Positions 24,355 to 32,550 of a stretch of DNA of 64,000 nucleotides are shown here, piece by piece. The position numbers were made by a program, and so were the translations under genes. The stretch's first letter is position 1. Each line of letters begins with the position of its first letter. The DNA is from a virus. The stretch spans positions 1,810-65,809 of the IMG/VR virus record IMGVR_UViG_3300020171_000004, one strand, 5' to 3'. The notes beneath the pieces are model-generated. The model did not search any database and was not told where the DNA came from. It saw only the letters and a program-made list of their open reading frames with translations.

Positions 24355-24543
24355 ATGTCAGAAACAATCAAAGAAATACTCATGGAACGAGACAATATGT
24401 CAGAAAAAGGTGCAAATGATCTTATATCAGAAGCTCGTGAAGTCTTACAAGAATACCTAGCAAACAATGATCAAAACAAAGCATACAATATCTGTGAAGA
24501 ATACTTTGGCCTTGAACCAGATTACTTATATGAATTGCTTTAA
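24355..24543 (+). CDS. hypothetical early protein, 62 aa
   Basis: I place the start at MSETIKEIL (AAAGGGG upstream). Confidence 0.6.
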   Translation: MSETIKEILMERDNMSEKGANDLISEAREVLQEYLANNDQNKAYNICEEYFGLEPDYLYELL

Positions 24544-24555
24544 AGGAGGTAAAAT

Positions 24556-24750
24556 ATGACAGATGATTGTGGATTAGTTTTTTGTGATACTTGTAGAGGA
24601 ACAAAATTTAATCTTATTCAACATACAGAAAATGTTAAAATGCATTGTATTAAATGTGGAAGATTAGATATTATATATTGGAATGGTACTTCTGATTCAT
24701 CTAAAGGCTCTATGAAAAGATTAGATACCTCAGAATGGATAAAAAGATAA
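24556..24750 (+). CDS. small zinc-ribbon early protein
   Basis: Cys pairs CDTCRG and CIKCG. AAGGAGG SD. Confidence 0.65.
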   Translation: MTDDCGLVFCDTCRGTKFNLIQHTENVKMHCIKCGRLDIIYWNGTSDSSKGSMKRLDTSEWIKR

Positions 24751-24835
24751 TTACCAAACTAAGAGAATCAATTAGTCAACCTGATTCTCTTGCTATGTTA
24801 ATTAATCAACAAACAACCTCATCAGGAGCCTGAAC

Positions 24836-25417
24836 ATGGATTACATAATAAAAGAACGTTTAAACATGCCTGAAATCAGTGCCGCATCAATAAACATGAC
24901 TTACAATAGGCCAGATTTAATAAAGAAGCTAGAAACAACTAACCATACTCCTACAATCATGCAAACGTGCAAAACATGTTCCAAAGAATACAATCAAACT
25001 CAAGCAACCAGATTGCTAGAAAAACTCCCAACCTTGCCAGACTTTGATTATCAAAACACTTGCTTAACCTGCATCAAGCAACAAAGTAGCACAAGCAAAA
25101 CATCAAAGTATCCAAACCTTAGTGAACTTAGAAAAAACCTTGACGAGCTAAACATCATCTACCAGCAAGCTTTTAATAAATGGAAGGCCGCATCAAAAGA
25201 GTACAAAGCACTAGACTATCAAGAAAATATGCTCGTTTATGAACTGAATCAGCTTCAAGAAAAAGCTGCAAAATTAGCAACCAAGAAACAATCGGCCAAA
25301 CCATCAGCAACCAAAAAACCGACAAATTCAGCCTTAGTAATGCAAATCCTTGCAAACTTATCACCTGAACAACGAGAGGCAGTTTTAACTAACTTAGCAA
25401 AACAATCAGCAAGTTAA
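24836..25417 (+). CDS. early protein, 193 aa, with a Lys-rich linker and a C-terminal LSPEQREAVL motif
   Basis: TCAGGAGCC SD. Contains CKTC and CLTC pairs. The C-terminus is KKPTNSALVMQILANLSPEQREAVLTNLAKQSAS. Confidence 0.7.
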   Translation: MDYIIKERLNMPEISAASINMTYNRPDLIKKLETTNHTPTIMQTCKTCSKEYNQTQATRLLEKLPTLPDFDYQNTCLTCIKQQSSTSKTSKYPNLSELRKNLDELNIIYQQAFNKWKAASKEYKALDYQENMLVYELNQLQEKAAKLATKKQSAKPSATKKPTNSALVMQILANLSPEQREAVLTNLAKQSAS

Positions 25418-25486
25418 TCAATCTAGTCTCGGCTGTTCATAATTGAACAACCTCAGCAAGCTAACTAACCAGTCAGGAGCCAAAAA

Positions 25487-25750
25487 ATGAAAAGCATCAG
25501 AGTAACTATTAGATTAACACCATATCAACTAGCACGCGGCCTACAAACAATCAGGCAGCTCAAACCAGATTACAAATTAATCAGTATCAATGATCTTGTC
25601 AAAACAATCTATCAGATTTATTTAACTAAAGATATTATGAATAAGTCTGATGAAGTCCCAACTAGCCTCTTAGAGGAAATCCTAAGCTTCTCAAACAAAT
25701 CAGCTGAAAAGCAAATAACTCTGCAAGACTTACTCAACATTAAAAACTAA
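25487..25750 (+). CDS. RHH-like small protein (paralogue family)
   Basis: IRVTIRLTPYQLARGLQTIRQL ... INDLVKTIYQIYL. TCAGGAGCC SD, as at 24836. Confidence 0.6.
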   Translation: MKSIRVTIRLTPYQLARGLQTIRQLKPDYKLISINDLVKTIYQIYLTKDIMNKSDEVPTSLLEEILSFSNKSAEKQITLQDLLNIKN

Positions 25751-25768
25751 CTTATAAGGAATCTTACT

Positions 25769-25966
25769 ATGAAAAAATTATCTTATTCAGTTCTATCAAC
25801 ACATAAATGCTCTCGTTGCAGCAAGCCACTCAAACAAAACCTAATCGACCGAAAATCACATGCAACACTTTGTTACAAGTGCTTTCGTATTTCAAATGGC
25901 AAGCCAGCACATCATGTAGCACATAGAAAAAGAGTTGATCTGAACTTATCAGTACATGGAATTTAA
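25769..25966 (+). CDS. small zinc-finger early protein
   Basis: Cys pairs CSRCS and CYKCF. AAGGA SD. Confidence 0.6.
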   Translation: MKKLSYSVLSTHKCSRCSKPLKQNLIDRKSHATLCYKCFRISNGKPAHHVAHRKRVDLNLSVHGI

Positions 25967-25967
25967 T

Positions 25968-26216
25968 ATGAAAGAAAAACTAAAAAGTTTCCTCATTAAA
26001 AAAGGCTTCAAACAACTTGATGACAAGACTCTCACAAGCACAAGAAACAAAAATGATTACAGAATTATCCTCAATGCACTAAGTATGCGCATCGAGCGAA
26101 GGTTCTTGATCTATCAATGGAACAACATTAAAGAATATAAATGGTTCAGACTTCAATCTGGGTATTATACTGAAATTAGTATCATAGATGAAAAGATTCA
26201 TGGAATGAAAAGATAA
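25968..26216 (+). CDS. hypothetical early protein, 82 aa
   Basis: ATG at 25968 follows the upstream TAA (TAATATG). An alternative ATG at 25956 would overlap by 11 nt. Confidence 0.55.
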   Translation: MKEKLKSFLIKKGFKQLDDKTLTSTRNKNDYRIILNALSMRIERRFLIYQWNNIKEYKWFRLQSGYYTEISIIDEKIHGMKR

Positions 26217-26234
26217 TTTAACAAAGGAACTAAC

Positions 26235-26462
26235 ATGTCAAACAATAAAGCAAGAACTATATCAACTAGAGTTACTCTTGGCGAATTTTCCAAAGCCCGT
26301 GATGGCCTAATCGCTAAGGGCATTCCAGAAGCAAAACTTATGTCAAACTCTAGCATCATGCGGGCAGCTATTCTTATGTGTTGCATCCTGAACGAGAATC
26401 CTGAAAGCCCTGCAAGCCAGGAATCAACAGAGACAGTTCAGCAACTCTGGAAACTTAAGTGA
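26235..26462 (+). CDS. RHH-like small protein (paralogue family)
   Basis: ISTRVTLGEFSKARDGLIAKG ... NSSIMRAAILMC. AAAGGA SD. Confidence 0.55.
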   Translation: MSNNKARTISTRVTLGEFSKARDGLIAKGIPEAKLMSNSSIMRAAILMCCILNENPESPASQESTETVQQLWKLK

Positions 26463-26470
26463 GGCAAATT

Positions 26471-26701
26471 ATGAAGATTAAAAAACCTATAACACTTGTA
26501 ATCCATCACGAACATGATTCAGGAGCTACAACAATAGTACCATCCGGATGGACTGGAAATTTTCACTTAATCATTGAAAATCCAGAGGACGGAGACTTGA
26601 CATATGAATACTCATTTCATTCAAGAGAATGGCTTATTCTTAATATTAAAGATCCATTGTTAGATAAATTTCTAAATGCAGTAGATGAGAATTATTTATA
26701 A
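26471..26701 (+). CDS. hypothetical early protein, 76 aa
   Basis: ATG 26471 with GAGG 8 nt upstream. The track start at 26459 is a GTG. Confidence 0.6.
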   Translation: MKIKKPITLVIHHEHDSGATTIVPSGWTGNFHLIIENPEDGDLTYEYSFHSREWLILNIKDPLLDKFLNAVDENYL

Positions 26702-26711
26702 GGAGAATCAC

Positions 26712-27017
26712 ATGCACACAAAAGAAGTAATCAGACGCCTGCACTTAATGGCAGATACGATTGAAAATTTAGAAATCACTGACATCCTTAGCTGTAATCT
26801 TGATTATGACCTAGCAATGTCAGTTCACGTAGAAGAGTTAACTCTTTCAGGAGTTGAAGCTACATGGACATCTCGTCTTTGTTCTGCTTTTGAATGGGAA
26901 AAATCTTTCATCGAGAATGATATCAAATTTTATGCCTTATATACTGAAGAAGAATACAATCAAGAAAAATATCAGTGGGTTGAATATTCACCTTTACTTA
27001 ATGATAAAAAATCATGA
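26712..27017 (+). CDS. hypothetical early protein, 101 aa
   Basis: ATG 26712 with AAGGAG upstream. Confidence 0.65.
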   Translation: MHTKEVIRRLHLMADTIENLEITDILSCNLDYDLAMSVHVEELTLSGVEATWTSRLCSAFEWEKSFIENDIKFYALYTEEEYNQEKYQWVEYSPLLNDKKS

Positions 27018-27289
27018 ACAATGATAAACAAATAATACAAGCATTATTAGAAATTATTGATAGTTATGATAATAATGATGTCTCTAAAGATTTAATTATT
27101 GCTCATTATAAAGAATTTGATTGCAGTATTATAATAAAATTATCAACTAAAGGAGAAGCTAATAAAAATACTCCATTCTACTTTGGAAATATATATACAT
27201 GTATTATTAAAGAATATTGGGCTGATAATAATTTAATACATGCTGATATGTTGTATAGTTTGAGCCCACATAGCATTATAAAGGAATAA
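27014..27289 (+). CDS. hypothetical early protein, 91 aa
   Basis: ATGA overlap with the upstream gene. Confidence 0.65.
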   Translation: MNNDKQIIQALLEIIDSYDNNDVSKDLIIAHYKEFDCSIIIKLSTKGEANKNTPFYFGNIYTCIIKEYWADNNLIHADMLYSLSPHSIIKE

Positions 27290-27291
27290 TT

Positions 27292-27690
27292 ATGCAAATC
27301 AAATTAAATAACGGAACTTATGACGATTGTTCAATCAAAATATGTAAGTATCCAAACAATCGACCAGCCCTTGTACTTTATCACGAAGGAGAAATACTAC
27401 TAATAGCAACAGTAAACATGCCAGATGTTGAAATTCCTGATGGATATGTTTGCATAAAAGACTGGAGTGAGAATGAAGGTATCTTAACAAGTCTTATTGA
27501 GAACAAAATCATTAAGCCACCTAAATTTCACATTCCAACAGAATATGTTAATATAAGTGTATGTAAACTAAAAAAAATTTTTATCAAATTAATTCTAAGG
27601 AATAATTATGAAAGAAAGAATAGTAGTTTATACATTATGCCTAATAGTCATTGTTATTTTTTGGGGAAGTATTTGGATATGGATTGCTAA
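27292..27690 (+). CDS. hypothetical early protein; the 3-prime end is uncertain (possible -1 shift in an A8 run)
   Basis: AAGGAATAATTATG junction at the start. The 0-frame tail after 27570 looks non-genic. The -1 frame ends at TAA 27603-27605 inside a second identical junction. Confidence 0.6.
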   Translation: MQIKLNNGTYDDCSIKICKYPNNRPALVLYHEGEILLIATVNMPDVEIPDGYVCIKDWSENEGILTSLIENKIIKPPKFHIPTEYVNISVCKLKKIFIKLILRNNYERKNSSLYIMPNSHCYFLGKYLDMDC

Positions 27691-27703
27691 AGCATTATCA
27701 TGA
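27608..27703 (+). CDS. 31-aa single-TM peptide candidate
   Basis: Reads MKERIVVYTLCLIVIVIFWGSIWIWIAKALS. It is preceded by the same AAGGAATAATTATG start context as 27292. Confidence 0.4.
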   Translation: MKERIVVYTLCLIVIVIFWGSIWIWIAKALS

Positions 27704-27710
27704 GGAAATC

Positions 27711-27950
27711 ATGTCAATTGAAGAATACATCAAACTGATAAATGATTTAAGAAAAAAGAACAAGAATCAGTGGGTACAAAAGAGAGTTCCTAATGTTCAT
27801 GGAAAAGTTGTCAGAATCAAATTTTATAATACTTGGATTCAAATACTTTCAATCGAGGATAGCATCAAATACTCTAACACAATGGATTGCAAAGTCAGCG
27901 AATTTACTAAATTTCTTCGTGAGACCTTGCGGGAGGAACTAGCAAAATGA
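27711..27950 (+). CDS. hypothetical early protein, 79 aa
   Basis: I place the start at MSIEEYIKLIN (GAGGAA upstream). Confidence 0.6.
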   Translation: MSIEEYIKLINDLRKKNKNQWVQKRVPNVHGKVVRIKFYNTWIQILSIEDSIKYSNTMDCKVSEFTKFLRETLREELAK

Positions 27951-28159
27951 TGAAAACAATAAAGAATATCCACATCATTTGCAATAATGATAGTTTGCAA
28001 TTTGTAGTAATCGGAGATGAAAGTATTGCCTTGGAAAAATTAGAAGAACTTAAAAAAACTTATTATGAGGATAATAAATATCAATTTACTTCTGAAAAAT
28101 CTTATGATTTAAGCAGTTACTGGCATATTCATACACTTGATGGTTTAATTGAAGAATAA
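27947..28159 (+). CDS. hypothetical early protein, 70 aa
   Basis: ATGA overlap with the upstream gene. Confidence 0.6.
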   Translation: MMKTIKNIHIICNNDSLQFVVIGDESIALEKLEELKKTYYEDNKYQFTSEKSYDLSSYWHIHTLDGLIEE

Positions 28160-28182
28160 CAAGAACAGAATCCAATAGGTTA

Positions 28183-29739
28183 ATGATTATGATGAAATAT
28201 AAAGGAAAGATTTTAACAACTGAACAAGAAAATCATATCAACACAATAACTCAAGGTCGCAATCATGCCATCCAAGCACCGCCTGGATCAGGCAAGACAT
28301 TTTTACTGCTAGCACTTGCTCGTAAGATGAAAGGTCATGGCTTATCAGTCAGTTTTAATAAGCTTTTAGCAATTGAAGCATCAAAGAAATTCACCTCAGC
28401 AGTTACTTGCAAAACTGGCCATGCGCTCGCTTATGGAGCAGTTGGCTTCAAATATCGCAAGCGATTAAAGAAACTCACAGGCAAACATCTTGCAGACAGC
28501 CGTGACATTGGAGATTGGCAACCATATAACAGTCCAAGTAATAAAGGTTACTTGATTCTGAGTACAATTAAAAAGTATTGCTATTCAGCAGACCGAATAA
28601 TCAGTTGGAAGCACTTGCCTCAGTTAACTATTCTTAATGATTCAGATATTAACTTGATGAAGGAAGATTTAGTCTTTAATGCACAAGCAATCTTTGATGA
28701 AATGGCTAGCGAATCCTCTGATCTGCCAATTACGCATGATGTTTACTTAAAGATCTGGGCGTTAAGTAATCCTGTGCTTAACCAAGATTACATCTTTTTT
28801 GATGAATACCAAGACAGTAATCCAGTAATTGCACAAGTCATAAAACAACAAAGCTGTCAGAAAATCTTCGTTGGTGACCAATTCCAGCAAATCTATGCTT
28901 GGCGAGGTGCAGTAAATGCCCTTCAAGATGAAAAATTAGCAAAACTTTACATTACACGAAGTTTTCGATTCGGTGATGAAATAGCAGGTTTGTCAAATAA
29001 CATCATCAAGAGCTATTATCCGACTGATTTTGAGTATGTACCATTTTATGGCAATGATGCTATCCAATCACGAGTTTATTACACTCCGCTAAGCAATATT
29101 GATTGCATCATTTGCCGCACTAACAAAGGAGTTATCGGTGAAACTATCAAAACCTTAGGCCAGAATAAAACAGTTCACATCCTTGGAGGTACTCAACCAT
29201 TAACTTACCTGATAAACAGCATTTTCCAGCTTAAGATCAAAAACTATACGAATCACCCTGATTTGTTCTTGTTCACTAGCTTTGCTGATCTCAAAGAGTA
29301 TGCAGATTCTCCAATGGGGGGAGACTTGAAGGCAGTCTTGAAACTGATTGAAACTTATGGCCGTGAGCGATTGCTGAATATATTAGAAAGCACTACTGAA
29401 TCTGCTGAAGAAGCAAGCGTGACCATAACTACAGCGCATAAGTCTAAGGGTCTTGAGTGGTCAGTAGTTAAGCTGGCAAATGATTTCAAAGTGCCTGGAG
29501 AAGGTTCAGTGCCTACTCAAGAAGAAACAAACATACTTTATGTTGCTGCCAGTAGAGCATTGCATAAACTTGATTTGAGCGAATGTCAGGCAACTTTTCC
29601 TGCAACCTTTCAATCAGCAATCCAGATCAATAAAGAAAAGTATCAAATTGCCAAAGCAACTGAAAGAGATATTAATAAGCAGTTTAAAGAAGTTGTAAGT
29701 AATAACATCAAAGATCTAAAAGATGATGTTCCATTCTGA
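28183..29739 (+). CDS. UvrD/PcrA-like SF1 DNA helicase
   Basis: Motifs seen: QAPPGSGKT (I), FFDEYQDSNP (II), VGDQFQQIYAWRGA (III), TRSFRFG (IV), TAHKSKGLEW (V), LYVAASRA (VI). Confidence 0.85.
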   Translation: MIMMKYKGKILTTEQENHINTITQGRNHAIQAPPGSGKTFLLLALARKMKGHGLSVSFNKLLAIEASKKFTSAVTCKTGHALAYGAVGFKYRKRLKKLTGKHLADSRDIGDWQPYNSPSNKGYLILSTIKKYCYSADRIISWKHLPQLTILNDSDINLMKEDLVFNAQAIFDEMASESSDLPITHDVYLKIWALSNPVLNQDYIFFDEYQDSNPVIAQVIKQQSCQKIFVGDQFQQIYAWRGAVNALQDEKLAKLYITRSFRFGDEIAGLSNNIIKSYYPTDFEYVPFYGNDAIQSRVYYTPLSNIDCIICRTNKGVIGETIKTLGQNKTVHILGGTQPLTYLINSIFQLKIKNYTNHPDLFLFTSFADLKEYADSPMGGDLKAVLKLIETYGRERLLNILESTTESAEEASVTITTAHKSKGLEWSVVKLANDFKVPGEGSVPTQEETNILYVAASRALHKLDLSECQATFPATFQSAIQINKEKYQIAKATERDINKQFKEVVSNNIKDLKDDVPF

Positions 29740-29752
29740 GGAGAATTAATTA

Positions 29753-30157
29753 ATGGAGATACAACAATTATCAATTGATGCAGATGGTAGTTCAGGTATT
29801 ACTATAAAAGCTATTTTGAGTGAAGGATATTTTTGTGGTGAGTTTACCTTGAAAGAGAAAACACCACAGCCTATCTTTATCTCACCTTGGATGCAGTTTG
29901 AACCTGCTAAAATGAATGATGAAAGGTTACAGATTGCACATGAAATTGTCCGTCGTGTATTAGCTCATGATGAACTGTTGAAACAGGTTGCACAATTACA
30001 AAGTCGGCATGAACGTGATATGGATACTTATGCACGTAAATGTGAAACAATAAATACTACGAATAATATGTGGAGAGCTGACAGAGTTAAGGCAGGATTA
30101 CCTGCTGACTTTAGTGATATTAAAGAATGGCCACCAGAAATGATGAGCAATTATTAA
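29753..30157 (+). CDS. hypothetical protein, 134 aa
   Basis: GAGGAG SD. Confidence 0.65.
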   Translation: MEIQQLSIDADGSSGITIKAILSEGYFCGEFTLKEKTPQPIFISPWMQFEPAKMNDERLQIAHEIVRRVLAHDELLKQVAQLQSRHERDMDTYARKCETINTTNNMWRADRVKAGLPADFSDIKEWPPEMMSNY

Positions 30158-30189
30158 TTTTATAGTATAATTTAATTAATGAGGTTAAT

Positions 30190-30486
30190 ATGAAAACTTT
30201 AAATGATAAATTAACAGAAAAAGCTACTTTGGAATGTAGTAACTTGTATTACAATACTATACAAAGATTTATTAGGAATTTTATGTCTACTTTTAATATT
30301 CCAGAAGATGTTATGAGGAAAAATCCTTTATTGCAACCTCTTTGGAATATGCAGTATTCCTCAGGCAGTTCTACACAAATGCTTGAAATAATTACGCCTC
30401 TTTATGTGGATAATTATTTAAATGATTTTTGTAAGAAAGTAGAAGAAATGCAAGAAATGCTTGAGGATCATTTAAATGATAATTGA
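30190..30486 (+). CDS. hypothetical protein, 98 aa
   Basis: GAGG SD. Confidence 0.65.
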   Translation: MKTLNDKLTEKATLECSNLYYNTIQRFIRNFMSTFNIPEDVMRKNPLLQPLWNMQYSSGSSTQMLEIITPLYVDNYLNDFCKKVEEMQEMLEDHLNDN

Positions 30487-30609
30487 ACTTTTTCTATGGT
30501 CAATGCTAACAACCAGTATTCAGACTTATGCTTTTTGCCTTGAGCAAGTTATTTATATTCAAGCAGATCAAAAGAAAGTTTACTTAATACTTGAAGAGGA
30601 GCCTTAATC

Positions 30610-30957
30610 ATGATTAAGCGATTTCGTGCATGGGATGCAATAGAAAAAGAATACTGGTATGCTGATGAAAATTTGCTATTTATTAATGGCGCAAAAGCAC
30701 TTGAACTCAGATTGACATCATTCGAATTAACAGATGTTGAACAATATATCTGTAAGATTGATTCAAGAGGTGTCATGATTTATGAAAATGATCTCATTAA
30801 AAGCACTACTCAATCAACTGATAGGATTTATCAAGTTGTCTGGTCTGTCATGGAATGTGGCTTTCGTAAGGTTCCTTACGGGTTGCCTTATCCAGAAACC
30901 AAAATTGATGAAGCGTTTACAGAAGTCATTGGGACAATTCACTCACAAAAAGGATAA
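30610..30957 (+). CDS. YopX-like protein
   Basis: Starts MIKRFRAWD, then has IYENDLI and ends EVIGTIH, which is the YopX family pattern. Confidence 0.65.
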   Translation: MIKRFRAWDAIEKEYWYADENLLFINGAKALELRLTSFELTDVEQYICKIDSRGVMIYENDLIKSTTQSTDRIYQVVWSVMECGFRKVPYGLPYPETKIDEAFTEVIGTIHSQKG

Positions 30958-31101
30958 GGAGGAAGCTGAAAATAAAAAAGGTTTAAAGGTGAAAGAAAGT
31001 TGTTGCTTTTGTTGGTCGGGTGTGTTATTGTTTTTTTCATGGTTATGAAAAACCCGAATTTTCCCTGATGCCCCTTTTAAGCCCTTTTGAGACTAAATGC
31101 C

Positions 31102-31746
31102 ATGAATGAAAAAACTGACCAACAATTATTAAAGGAAGAATATGATTACCTTCCTGAAACTGGTTTGTTACTATCTAAAAGAACCGGTAAACCTGTAGGT
31201 CAGTTTTATAAATCAGGTTATTTAGTACATCATTTTAAAAATAAGCCTTGCAATGTTCATAGATTAATTTATTGTTGGTATCATGGTTATTTCCCAGAAC
31301 ATCATGTAGATCATATTAATCAGTGTAAAGTAGATAATAGGATAATCAATCTTAGGGAAGTAACTCCTGCATGTAATTCAAAAAATGTAAATCTTCGAAT
31401 AAATAGTGTTTCAGCTGTTTGTGGTGTAAGAAAAGATCGTTATTCTGATAAATGGAGTGTTAGAATTAGTCATAATAATGAGCATATATTTATTGGGCAA
31501 TTTACACACTTCATCAATGCTGTTAAGGCACGATATTATGCAGAGGAACTGTTTGGTTATACTAGATGTAATCCGGTTAGTACTGCGGCTGAATATTTAA
31601 TGAAAAATTTAAATAAGGAGGATATTGATGAACAAGATTTGCCAGCAGTGAAAACAGTTAGTGGCGAATGGGATTATTTTTGTTTAGCTAAAAAAGAAAA
31701 AATTTATGAAAAAGCCCTGAAGTTAGGTGTTATTAAAGATACATAA
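31102..31746 (+). CDS. HNH homing endonuclease with an AP2-like DNA-binding domain
   Basis: The HNH_3 motif is HVDHINQCKVDNRIINLREVTPACNSKN. The AP2-like segment is GVRKDRYSDKWSVRISHNNEHIFIGQFTHFINAVKARYYAE. Confidence 0.8.
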   Translation: MNEKTDQQLLKEEYDYLPETGLLLSKRTGKPVGQFYKSGYLVHHFKNKPCNVHRLIYCWYHGYFPEHHVDHINQCKVDNRIINLREVTPACNSKNVNLRINSVSAVCGVRKDRYSDKWSVRISHNNEHIFIGQFTHFINAVKARYYAEELFGYTRCNPVSTAAEYLMKNLNKEDIDEQDLPAVKTVSGEWDYFCLAKKEKIYEKALKLGVIKDT

Positions 31747-31821
31747 TTTATTTGTAGGTAGTAAGCCTACAGGTCAACGGGCATTTAGCCCAAGTTATTA
31801 ATCCTTATAAGGAGATTCAAA

Positions 31822-32187
31822 ATGTCTACAATCAAAGTTGTATCAAACCAAGCTGTTCGTGAGATCACTGTTACTGAGCCATCCGTTATGAGTGCATCTA
31901 CCGTTGAAGAACTGGTAGAGGCTCTTGGTGAGGACCTGGTGGTGAATCAGGTCAAGAATCAGCTCAAAGTATCTTTCCGTGCTGTAGTTCGCCGCAAACT
32001 GGAAGAGAAAGATGATAATGACGAATTTACCAACACTGACGAGGCTATTCTTGCTGAGGATTTCTCTGACTGGAAACCTACCCTGCGCATCACCAAGACT
32101 GCTGAGGAGAAAGCTCTTGAGGCACTTGGTAATCTGTCTCCTGAGGTTCGTGAGGCTGTCCTTGCAAACTTCAACAACGCTCGTTAA
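31822..32187 (+). CDS. acidic 121-aa protein with a C-terminal LSPEVREAVL motif; GC-richer, with its own terminator
   Basis: AAGGAG SD. By hand count there are 23 D/E residues against 15 K/R. It is followed by T-arm-like hairpins and a terminator. Confidence 0.75.
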   Translation: MSTIKVVSNQAVREITVTEPSVMSASTVEELVEALGEDLVVNQVKNQLKVSFRAVVRRKLEEKDDNDEFTNTDEAILAEDFSDWKPTLRITKTAEEKALEALGNLSPEVREAVLANFNNAR

Positions 32188-32203
32188 ACAGCATTAAAGT
32201 CGT

Positions 32204-32259
32204 GCAGTTCGAGTCTGCTAGGTGACTACGCTGGGTAGCGAGTAAAGGTTCGAGTCCTT
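32204..32259 (+). other. two tRNA T-arm-like hairpins (not full tRNAs)
   Basis: GCAG-TTCGAGT-CTGC (32204-32218) and AAGG-TTCGAGT-CCTT (32245-32259). Both 7-nt loops match the tRNA T-loop consensus. I could not find acceptor or anticodon arms. Confidence 0.4.
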
Positions 32260-32287
32260 GATATCAGCAGGTGCTGGGAGTCTGACA

Positions 32288-32313
32288 GCCTGGAAAGACA
32301 GGCACTTTTATTA
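32288..32313 (+). terminator. rho-independent terminator
   Basis: GCCTG-GAAAGA-CAGGC followed by ACTTTTATTAT. Confidence 0.55.
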
Positions 32314-32358
32314 TAAAATATTTTTGATTCAATCAATTTAACCTTGAGAGGATTTCTC

Positions 32359-32544
32359 ATGGATGAAAAAATAAAAGAATTAATAACATTTATAGCAATC
32401 AATTCAGAACAAGAATCATCTTTTTTATATCCAAATCCTGGATGGAATATTAATTCACATTCTTTATTAAAGAAACTTCAAGAATTATATACTCTTGAAG
32501 ATAAAGAAATAGATGATATATTAATATTAAATCAACCAGAATAA
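32359..32544 (+). CDS. hypothetical protein, 61 aa
   Basis: ATG 32359 (MDEKIKELITF) with GAGAGGA upstream. Confidence 0.55.
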   Translation: MDEKIKELITFIAINSEQESSFLYPNPGWNINSHSLLKKLQELYTLEDKEIDDILILNQPE

Positions 32545-32550
32545 AAATTT

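Noticed and set aside
32204-32259. Genuine tRNA genes suggested by two GGTTCGAGTCC-like T-arms.
   Set aside because: I could not find complementary acceptor strands (the needed GTCACCT or CTGATAT are absent upstream), a D-arm or an anticodon arm. I kept them only as T-arm mimics.
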